The translations under genes and the position numbers were made by a program. A model generated the notes under the pieces. That model was not told where the DNA came from. It saw only the letters and a program-made list of their open reading frames with translations, and did not search any database. A stretch of DNA of 11,848 bases, taken from positions 1-11,848 of the forward strand of contig JABCSY010000118.1 of assembly GCA_018238625.1 (NCBI GenBank). The letters run 5' to 3'. This DNA is from Promethearchaeota archaeon (GTDB taxonomy: Archaea > Asgardarchaeota > Lokiarchaeia > Sigyniarchaeales > SOKP01). Shown in pieces: positions 1 through 6,815 of the stretch. The number at the start of each line of letters is the position of its first letter. Within the stretch, counting starts at the first letter, position 1.

Positions 1-1116
1 TCAAAACCAATAGCATTATGGTTATCTCCTCTTTTTCCTCTAGGATTTCCTCTTTTTATCATTCTTGTAGCATTATTATGCATTGGGATCTTTTTGGTAT
101 TATTAAAGAGTAAAAAAGTAAGTTATAGCAGAAAAAAGATCAAGGAACATAAACTCACAGTTGCCGTAAACATAGCGGCGATTGCTCTGATTTCAGTAAC
201 TTTCTTATTATTCTTAATACAGTTAAACATTTTCAACAATACACTGATTCCAAATGAAAATATGACTAGCATTGTTATCAGCTTCCTGGTAGTTATTATT
301 ACATGGTATGGAACTTTACCACTAACCGCAGCGTTATACAATCGATTCGCTCCCAGATTTGCCTATACATTTGTAAAACTTCGCTCCTTATTTTTTAAGA
401 TATCTAAGAGTTATAACACAGATATTTTAGTGCTTGATATGAAAGATCGAAAAGAAATTGGCACAATAATACAACTAAAAAGAACTGTTTTGCCCTTAAT
501 GCTCTCCATAGCAATTGGTTTTTACACATATGGCGTGTTAACTCCAATTCTTGGCTATCCTCAAAATTTTGAGGTTTTCGGATCTACTGAATTTTTCCAG
601 TTCATGAACGGTTATTTATTAATGGCTGTCTTTCCTATGATCTTGACATTTCTTGTTTTCTCTTTTTTTATATCAGGAAATTTCCTTTTGGACGACGCTG
701 GAATTGTGTATTTCCGTCAATCTAAAAAATACCGTCAACCGGGTGACATCGAACCAATTAGTATATGGGCACAATCAATGGTAAAAGGAATGGCTGGAAT
801 TTCTGCAATAATAACATTGATAGGATTCTTAACAACTGTAGACTTTTCGGGATTCTTTCAAGAAGATAATCCTACCAGCATAATTTTTGGAGTTTTAATA
901 ATCACAGTTTTCTTCGCAGGAATTCCTTTTTTAACCGCATTTTCATACGTTCTATTAGCGGGTGAAGTTATGGAATTTTCAATAGATTTCAACACGCAAA
1001 AATTATATTCTTTAATGGAAGAGAAAGGATACGATACTACACCAAAGGATATAACCAATATTTATCCCGAAGGATTTTCTGAACCAAAAAAACCTATCTC
1101 CGACGATCTTGAATAA
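1..1116 (+). CDS. Multi-pass membrane protein of unknown function, 5'-truncated by the window edge
   Basis: Frame 1 is open from base 1 (SKPIALWLSPLFPLGFPLFIILVALLCIGIFLVLLK...) through to TAA at 1114-1116, so the TTG at 94 is probably not the real start. About 7 hydrophobic segments and an acidic C-terminal tail; no family motif recognised. Confidence 0.8.
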   Translation, partial: SKPIALWLSPLFPLGFPLFIILVALLCIGIFLVLLKSKKVSYSRKKIKEHKLTVAVNIAAIALISVTFLLFLIQLNIFNNTLIPNENMTSIVISFLVVIITWYGTLPLTAALYNRFAPRFAYTFVKLRSLFFKISKSYNTDILVLDMKDRKEIGTIIQLKRTVLPLMLSIAIGFYTYGVLTPILGYPQNFEVFGSTEFFQFMNGYLLMAVFPMILTFLVFSFFISGNFLLDDAGIVYFRQSKKYRQPGDIEPISIWAQSMVKGMAGISAIITLIGFLTTVDFSGFFQEDNPTSIIFGVLIITVFFAGIPFLTAFSYVLLAGEVMEFSIDFNTQKLYSLMEEKGYDTTPKDITNIYPEGFSEPKKPISDDLE

Positions 1117-1130
1117 CTAAAATAAACTAA

Positions 1131-1224
1131 TTTTATTTTTTTTTAACATTTTTTATTTTTAATTGAAATTAAAAAACAGTAAGGAACAATATCTTAACCT
1201 AAAATTAGTATAAAAATAAAAAAA
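1131..1224. terminator. Convergent archaeal oligo-T terminators
   Basis: T-runs on + at 1131-1160 directly after the 1116 stop, and A-runs at about 1212-1224 (T-runs on -) directly after the 1239 stop of the opposing gene. Confidence 0.55.
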
Positions 1225-1238
1225 TTATAGATTTTATT

Positions 1239-2210
1239 TTACATTCTTCTCGATTTGTTGAGCTTAAACTTTTTAAACAGCAAGTATGAAACAATGCCCG
1301 CAAAACTTATTCCAATTGTCAGTAGTATCGTAAAGAAGATCCATTCGGTATTAGAGCTAGTTATTTGGTAGATTATTTGACCACTTACGTCTTTTACGAC
1401 GAAAGTTGATAAAGTTCCTTTACTACCATACGATACTTCCACTGTATAATTTGTAACGCCAAATCTTTCGATTATAATAGTATTTTGGCTAACAGTGGCA
1501 TTTTGAACGTTGAGTGCGTTAATTAGAGCGTTTAAATAATCGTTGAAAGGGTTTGCCGTTGCTAATCCCTCAAAAATTAATTTCCATAACAACTCATCTG
1601 CCGTGATATTTGAAAACTGCATTTTAATTGGTAGTGGTACGATAGAATCGTTAATAATTGTATCTACGAGTTCGTTATAATCGTCTAAAATCTTGTTATA
1701 ATCCTCCGGATTCTTAAGTACAATAATTTTACTATTAGAATCGTCAGCCGTTTCGTTAAATTCTGAATCTGTAAAGTCCCACTCTGCCCCTAATCCATAC
1801 CATAACCAATAGCTATTAGTGTAATTATTGTTAATCTCAGTTTCGTTATAACCTAGATCAGAGAGAGCCATAAATGCCATAATTTGTTCAATAGTGAACA
1901 TTACTTGAAGAATTATATCATAGGTTTTCAAATTTAGATAGTTCCAACCCTTAACCGTATACTTGCCCTGCGCTCCAGTTTTATTAGAATCTCCTTCGAA
2001 CCAAACATCAGGCATAGTAGTGTTTCCTACTGTATCTTCCCATCCGTCGCTATCGAATTTTGTTACTTCGAAAATTTCAGTTCCTTTTGTTAAAGCTATT
2101 TCATACGTTGGATTTGCTGATACTGAAGTTGATATCAATCCCATCAAAATTACACCTAAGAGTAAAACACTTAGTAAACTTCTACTATTCAATTTCCTAT
2201 TTTTTAACAT
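1239..2210 (-). CDS. Secreted, C-terminally membrane-anchored cell-surface glycoprotein
   Basis: Basic N-region, hydrophobic core and ...SVSA|N signal-peptide-like end. Acidic ectodomain with 9 N-x-S/T sequons. C-terminal TM helix (WIFFTILLTIGISFAGIVSYLLF) followed by a basic tail. SD GAGGTGA at 2224-2218. Confidence 0.8.
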   Translation of the reverse strand: MLKNRKLNSRSLLSVLLLGVILMGLISTSVSANPTYEIALTKGTEIFEVTKFDSDGWEDTVGNTTMPDVWFEGDSNKTGAQGKYTVKGWNYLNLKTYDIILQVMFTIEQIMAFMALSDLGYNETEINNNYTNSYWLWYGLGAEWDFTDSEFNETADDSNSKIIVLKNPEDYNKILDDYNELVDTIINDSIVPLPIKMQFSNITADELLWKLIFEGLATANPFNDYLNALINALNVQNATVSQNTIIIERFGVTNYTVEVSYGSKGTLSTFVVKDVSGQIIYQITSSNTEWIFFTILLTIGISFAGIVSYLLFKKFKLNKSRRM

Positions 2211-2217
2211 TTTTTTA

Positions 2218-2224
2218 TCACCTC
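2218..2224 (-). promoter_or_regulatory. Shine-Dalgarno site GAGGTGA overlapping the permease stop codon
   Basis: Minus strand reads TGAGGTGATAAAAAAATG; the site is 7 nt before the ATG at 2210, consistent with translational coupling in an operon. Confidence 0.75.
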
Positions 2225-3053
2225 ATAATTGTCTTCTCTTAAATAACAGCGCTGCTAATACAAAATACGCTATTATAAAGACCACCATCAATGTAATTCC
2301 CATTTCTATGCTAGGAGTTAACCACATCCCAATAGTAAAGTTTCTCATTGTCATTTCAAAATATCTTGGATCTGGAAACGGGTTACTAAGTATTGAAGTT
2401 ATAAGATTTCCCATGTACGCTATAGAATATAATGGTTCAATGTTACCTCCGCCTACTAATGTGACTATGCTATCAGCTATTTGAAATCCAATTAGTAGTA
2501 TTAAAATAGTCGATATTATCGTCATGTTTACGCTTTTCATAAATGAGCTAAATAAAGTTACAAAACTACTTAATGTAATCATGTATAATATAGCAATAAA
2601 ATAAGAATAAAAGAAGCGTACGTTAATAGGTCCACCATAGTAATAGAAACCAAGCAATCCAAGAAAGAAATAGTAAGCTGATATGATAATAACTGCCAAA
2701 ACTAAATTGCCAAGGTAGCTTCCTATTATTAGCTTATATTTATTTATTTTAGGAAAAACGATAAATCCTGTTTTAGTGCTAAATTCAGAGCAAATTATTC
2801 CAGAAAACAATAGGCACGCTGTAAATAAGGATATTAAGGAATAAAATCCAAGTCCACTACTAAAGAATTCAGCTTGAGTATCAGATAATAAATTAAATGG
2901 GATTGTCACTTGGAGTATGACTCCTTGGAGGAAAACAATAAATATTGAAATGATGAGAAAAAAGATAAATTTCTTCTTTTGTTTTTTCATTTCAAAAACA
3001 AGCGTGTGTACGATTGGTTTAAGTCCAATATAAATTTTATTTTCTTTTATCAT
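2223..3053 (-). CDS. ABC-2 type transporter permease
   Basis: About 6 TM segments, with an ABC-2-like motif (SGIICSEFSTKTGFIVFPKINKYKLIIGSYLG). Starts 1 nt after the ATPase stop. Confidence 0.85.
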   Translation of the reverse strand: MIKENKIYIGLKPIVHTLVFEMKKQKKKFIFFLIISIFIVFLQGVILQVTIPFNLLSDTQAEFFSSGLGFYSLISLFTACLLFSGIICSEFSTKTGFIVFPKINKYKLIIGSYLGNLVLAVIIISAYYFFLGLLGFYYYGGPINVRFFYSYFIAILYMITLSSFVTLFSSFMKSVNMTIISTILILLIGFQIADSIVTLVGGGNIEPLYSIAYMGNLITSILSNPFPDPRYFEMTMRNFTIGMWLTPSIEMGITLMVVFIIAYFVLAALLFKRRQL

Positions 3054-3054
3054 C

Positions 3055-4098
3055 TTATTTATTCCTCTTTTTGAGTAATTCTATTCTACCGTTATCAGTT
3101 TTCATCATTTGCGCGTAAATCCGCTCTAAGCGAGAAGTTTTAGGTTTATAGAAAGATACGACCGTAAAATCCGATTCGAACTCCTTAACAAGTATCTTTA
3201 AAATTTCCCCTCGAACTTCTTTTTTTCCAACATAAAATATTTTTAACTCTTGCTCGTGAGTGCTATATTCGACTGGATCCTTCGAAATAGTAGGATCTAA
3301 ATTATGATCTAAATATCGGTCCAGTTTTTCAGTTACTGTTTCGATAATTGAACCTAATTTTTCCGGATTTAATGGATTTAATAATTTGACATCTATTGAT
3401 CTGATTTTTATCGCGCCTTCTAAATTATCAACTGTATCGAAACCAATTATTTCTCCGTGATTAATTAAAGCTATTTTATCGCATATTTCCGATATTTCGT
3501 GGAGCATATGAGACGCTATAAAAATTGTTTTACCTTGCTTTTGAAGCTCTCTAACGAACTTTCGGATCTCAATTCGAGCTAATGGGTCCAACCCCGTTTG
3601 TGGCTCATCTAAGACTACAAATTCGGGATCATGGATAATGGCTTGAATTATTCCTATTTTCTGTGTCATTCCTTTAGAAAATGTTTTAACATTCTTATAT
3701 TTCCATTCTGAAAGATTAAACAAGTCCAGAAGAAAATCGATTCTTTCTTCAATCCTATCTTTTGGATAATCTTGAAGGTTAGCAAAATATTTTAGTAGTT
3801 GATAAGCCGTCATGTTATAAAAGTTTGGAATGTCGATTAAAAAACCCATGTTGCTAATAGTTCTCGATAGCTTCTGTATATCTTGTAATTCATCGGTGTT
3901 TGTTCTAATTAAGATTTTCCCCGAATTTGGTCTCAAAATTTTAGCAATCATTTTAATTGTCGTAGTTTTTCCAGCCCCATTTGGCCCCACTAGTCCAATA
4001 GTTTCACCTCTACAAACTTCAAGGTTTAAATTGTTAACAGCGGTAAAGTTACCGAATCTTTTCGTTAAGTTTTCAAGTCTTATTATAGTTTCAGTCAT
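3055..4098 (-). CDS. ABC transporter ATP-binding protein (CcmA/DrrA-like ABC-2 exporter type)
   Basis: Walker A GPNGAGKTT, signature FSKGMTQK, Walker B/D-loop VVLDEPQTGLDP, H-loop ASH, plus a C-terminal extension of about 120 aa. Confidence 0.95.
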   Translation of the reverse strand: MTETIIRLENLTKRFGNFTAVNNLNLEVCRGETIGLVGPNGAGKTTTIKMIAKILRPNSGKILIRTNTDELQDIQKLSRTISNMGFLIDIPNFYNMTAYQLLKYFANLQDYPKDRIEERIDFLLDLFNLSEWKYKNVKTFSKGMTQKIGIIQAIIHDPEFVVLDEPQTGLDPLARIEIRKFVRELQKQGKTIFIASHMLHEISEICDKIALINHGEIIGFDTVDNLEGAIKIRSIDVKLLNPLNPEKLGSIIETVTEKLDRYLDHNLDPTISKDPVEYSTHEQELKIFYVGKKEVRGEILKILVKEFESDFTVVSFYKPKTSRLERIYAQMMKTDNGRIELLKKRNK

Positions 4099-4183
4099 AA
4101 TTTATGTGTTTTTTCTAATTTTTTGTTCTATTTTGTGCGATACAAAAAAGAATATCTCACTTATGGATATATATCATTAATCG

Positions 4184-4200
4184 ATATAAAAACTTATTAT
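4184..4200 (-). promoter_or_regulatory. Candidate BRE/TATA promoter of the ABC operon
   Basis: Minus strand ATAATAAGTTTTTATAT, about 85 nt upstream of the ATG at 4098. The AT-rich context makes this uncertain. Confidence 0.35.
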
Positions 4201-4572
4201 TTCTAAATTATTAGAACTTTTAAATTCCATTTTTTTGAGTATTTAATATTTAAAATTATTACCTCAAATTTGTATTAATTCAAAGATTTCATAAATTTCA
4301 CAAGATAATCTGAGTAAATTCTCCCAAAATATAAAAAATAAAGATTAATAAAACGTATATAGGCTTTAATACAGAAATTTTTTATTCATTCCTAATTAAA
4401 GAATCTGATATGCCTACTATGTAAGTAATAAAAAATGAAAATTTAACATAATTAGTTAGGATACATATTCGTGAAATGTTTGCGTGTTCTAAATATATTA
4501 TTCTCGTATTATACGGATATATTATTTTGTTTTCGTGCTTAGATATTAAAAACAACATAATTAACAGTTTAT

Positions 4573-4579
4573 AAGGTGG
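4573..4579 (+). promoter_or_regulatory. Shine-Dalgarno-like AAGGTGG for the RHH gene
   Basis: Ends 10 nt before TTG at 4590 and only 1 nt before the in-frame TTG at 4581. It resembles the GAGGTGA site at 2218-2224 and supports a start upstream of the ORF-track ATG at 4609. Confidence 0.6.
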
Positions 4580-4589
4580 TTTGAAAAAG

Positions 4590-4791
4590 TTGAAGTTAAT
4601 AACTTGCCATGTGCCCGAATTTATTTGAAATTTCTTCAAATACTAAAATTCTATGGGAAGCATATCTGGCAGGAATTGAAGATTTAGTAAATCAGAATAT
4701 ATACCCAAACCGATCTGAAGTTATTAGAGTTGCTATTCGAGATCTCTTAAAAACGGAGTTAAACACGGTATTTCAAAGAAAATCAGAATAA
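4590..4791 (+). CDS. Ribbon-helix-helix (CopG/Arc/MetJ, CdrS-like) transcription regulator in two exons: join(4590..4619,4660..4791), 53 aa
   Basis: 4590-4619 encodes MKLITCHVPE (TTG start), a typical alternating RHH beta-ribbon ending in Pro, then hits TGA at 4626-4628. 4660-4791 in another frame encodes AYLAGIEDLVNQNIYPNRSEVIRVAIRDLLKTEL..., the two helices with the YPNRSExIRxAIR motif. Removing 40 nt joins them with normal RHH spacing. Confidence 0.85.
4620..4659 (+). other. Putative 40-nt archaeal BHB (tRNA-splicing-endonuclease type) intron
   Basis: Exon helix AUGUG(4609-13)/CAUAU(4661-65); central 4-bp helix CCCG(4614-17)/UGGG(4654-57); 3-nt bulges AA^U(4618-20) and AA^G(4658-60) on opposite strands; closing pair U4621-A4653; internal hairpin 4622-4629/4635-4642. 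Folded by hand only. Confidence 0.78.
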
Positions 4792-4872
4792 AACTTTATT
4801 TTATTTAAATTTCCCTTATTTTTATTATTATTCGAATATAACCAATTGAAAATTCGATTTATACTGAACAGC

Positions 4873-4880
4873 TTTTTATG
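4873..4880 (+). promoter_or_regulatory. TATA box for a probably leaderless CaCA transcript
   Basis: TTTTTATG ends 23 nt before the ATG at 4904; no SD present. Confidence 0.5.
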
Positions 4881-4903
4881 TTACAATAAGTTATATAATT
4901 TCA

Positions 4904-5881
4904 ATGTTAGGAATAACAGTTTGGATTATATTTTTTATTGGAAGTTATTTTATTATTTTTTTTGCGGCTGACATCTTTTTGGATAATTTGAAAGATATTT
5001 GTATCATTTACAATTTATCACCTTTTATTATTGGAATGTTGGTTCTTGGAATTGATCCTGAAGAATCAATCGCATCCATAATCGCCGCTATTAACGGGCT
5101 ACCTTACGTTTCTATTGGAAACGTAGTTGGTAATTCTATAATTGCTATGACTTTACCGTTTTCCTTAGCTTTACTATTCTACACTTTGAAGTTTAAATCG
5201 CTATCAAGATTTTACTTTATAATATTATATATTTTATTAATTAATCTTCTTTTTAGCTTTGTATTTAACAATTTTATGTTTTTCTCCGGTTTAATCGCTT
5301 TAGGAGTATATGTAATCTACTTTTTGAGGAATCTAAGACATTACTCCCAAGAAAAGGATAGAAACACAGAGGATATTGAAAATGAAATTATATTTAACGA
5401 GAGAGAATCAACAGAATTACAAAGATCCTCTAAAAAAAGGAAGATCTTTTTGACAACTATAGCGTTAGTTTTTATTTTTATAGGAGGTGAACTGCTAATT
5501 TTATCTGCAGGTCAAATTATTGATATCCTACATATACCTGAAGCGTTTTTTGGATTCATTATTATAGGGTTTGTTACTAACGTTGAGGAATTAACCTTAA
5601 TTTTAAAATCCATAAAGAAAAAGACTGTAGATATTGGTTTCGGAGGTATGATTGGTAAACTAATTTGGAATTTGACAATTACTTTCGGAATTAGCGGAGT
5701 TATTATGACGAATATATCTTTTAAATTAATTTTACTATGGAATTGGTTAGTATTATCAATAATTATCGTATATTTCAACCTTTCTTCTAGAAGAGATAAG
5801 CTTACCAAAAAAGATGGATTAATTTTGTTGGTCATCTTTATTGTTTTTATCATTATTAATGTTTTTTTAGCTGAAATTTAA
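4904..5881 (+). CDS. CaCA-superfamily Na+/Ca2+ (cation) exchanger, YrbG/NCX_Mj-like
   Basis: Two 5-TM halves joined by a charged loop. Alpha-repeat-like segments LSPFIIGMLVLGIDPEE...SIGNVVGNSI and IPEAFFGFIIIGFVTNVEEL...GFGGMIGKLIWN. Confidence 0.85.
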   Translation: MLGITVWIIFFIGSYFIIFFAADIFLDNLKDICIIYNLSPFIIGMLVLGIDPEESIASIIAAINGLPYVSIGNVVGNSIIAMTLPFSLALLFYTLKFKSLSRFYFIILYILLINLLFSFVFNNFMFFSGLIALGVYVIYFLRNLRHYSQEKDRNTEDIENEIIFNERESTELQRSSKKRKIFLTTIALVFIFIGGELLILSAGQIIDILHIPEAFFGFIIIGFVTNVEELTLILKSIKKKTVDIGFGGMIGKLIWNLTITFGISGVIMTNISFKLILLWNWLVLSIIIVYFNLSSRRDKLTKKDGLILLVIFIVFIIINVFLAEI

Positions 5882-5903
5882 TTTCTATTTAATTTCTATT
5901 TAA
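5876..5903 (+). repeat. 11-bp tandem repeat, 2.5 copies (ATTTAATTTCT)
   Basis: ATTTAATTTCT ATTTAATTTCT ATTTAA; overlaps the CaCA stop codon and lies just before TTTTTATT at 5906-5913. Confidence 0.7.
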
Positions 5904-5935
5904 AATTTTTATTCATTGAACTATTCATATTTTTG

Positions 5936-6796
5936 ATGAGCTATTCACATAACGATTTCAAATACATTGATTCACACTGCCACTTTTTCCCACCGCAAAT
6001 ATTTGAAGCAATTTGGAATTATTTTGAACAACGAGATAGTGAAGGTAAAATAAAAGGATGGTCAATTAATTACAAGCTACCAATAGAGGAATTAGTAAAA
6101 ATTCTTGAAAGTAAAAATATAAAACATTTTACGGCATATAATTACGCTCATAAGACAGGTGTAGCAGAATTTATTATCGATTGGACCTATGAATTTAATC
6201 AAACCTATAAAAATTCCATTCCATTTGCTTGTGTTTGGCCGGAAGATAATAATCTCGTTGAATACATTAAAAAAGCGTTCGACGAATACGATTTTTACGG
6301 TATAAAAATTCAACCATTAGTCCAGAACTTCTACTTAAACGACAGTCGTTTGCATGAGATGTATGATTTAATCGTTGATAGAGGTAAATGGATGACTGTC
6401 CACATAGGAACAGCGCCATATCGAAACCAGTACGTAGGATACAAAAATTTTATGAATTTTTTTGAAAAATACCCTGAGATGAATATAATTATAGCTCATA
6501 TGGGAGCTTTTGAATACGATAAATTTTTAAAACTATTAGATAAACACGAGAACCTCTATTTGGATACCACCATGATTTACATACCTAATAATATATTTCC
6601 TGAAAGAGGAACAAAGCGTCCCAAACCGGATGTATTATTATCTTATCAAGATCGAATACTTTTTGGCTCTGATTTCCCTAATATCCCCTACGACTACGAA
6701 AATTCTACAAAAGGATTACTAAAAATGGATTTACCTAGATCTTTTTATGAAAATATTTTTTTTAATAATGCTAAAAGAATTTTTAAAATTCAATAG
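5936..6796 (+). CDS. Metal-dependent amidohydrolase (Amidohydro_2, TIM barrel)
   Basis: IDSHCH (HxH), VHIG, IIAHMG, LYLDT and ILFGSDFP motifs. ATG 5936 is preferred over TTG 5933; TATA-like TTTTTATT ends 22 nt upstream. Confidence 0.92.
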   Translation: MSYSHNDFKYIDSHCHFFPPQIFEAIWNYFEQRDSEGKIKGWSINYKLPIEELVKILESKNIKHFTAYNYAHKTGVAEFIIDWTYEFNQTYKNSIPFACVWPEDNNLVEYIKKAFDEYDFYGIKIQPLVQNFYLNDSRLHEMYDLIVDRGKWMTVHIGTAPYRNQYVGYKNFMNFFEKYPEMNIIIAHMGAFEYDKFLKLLDKHENLYLDTTMIYIPNNIFPERGTKRPKPDVLLSYQDRILFGSDFPNIPYDYENSTKGLLKMDLPRSFYENIFFNNAKRIFKIQ

Positions 6797-6815
6797 TTTC
6801 GCTATTTAGAGTTGT

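Noticed and set aside
94-96. TTG start for the first CDS
   Set aside because: The frame is open and hydrophobic back to base 1, so the gene probably starts upstream of the window.
4201-4216. Inverted repeat TTCTAA-ATTA-TTAGAA upstream of the ABC promoter
   Set aside because: A 6-bp AT-rich arm is expected by chance at this composition and has no other support.
4382-4639. 85-aa minus-strand ORF
   Set aside because: It has AT-driven composition, no motif, and overlaps the RHH exon 1 and promoter on the opposite strand; probably spurious.
4626-4651. TGA within a hairpin as a selenocysteine/readthrough signal
   Set aside because: Readthrough of TGA 4626 meets TAA at 4644-4646 and never reaches the exon-2 frame.
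4620-4656. MITE or IS remnant with a GAA target duplication
   Set aside because: There are no terminal inverted repeats inside the GAA pair, no second copy and no transposase in the window. Not fully excluded without a genome-wide search.
4609-4656. ORF-track N-terminus MCPNLFEISSNTKILW as the normal RHH start
   Set aside because: It lacks the ribbon pattern and a suitably spaced SD, whereas a proper ribbon (MKLITCHVP) lies in another frame behind an SD-like site.
4608-4659. Other BHB registers (central helix 4608-11/4652-55 or 4615-18/4653-56)
   Set aside because: They need non-3-nt bulges or an A-A mismatch and would excise 44 or 38 nt, giving a frameshift or an immediate TAG. Only the 40-nt register is both canonical and in frame.
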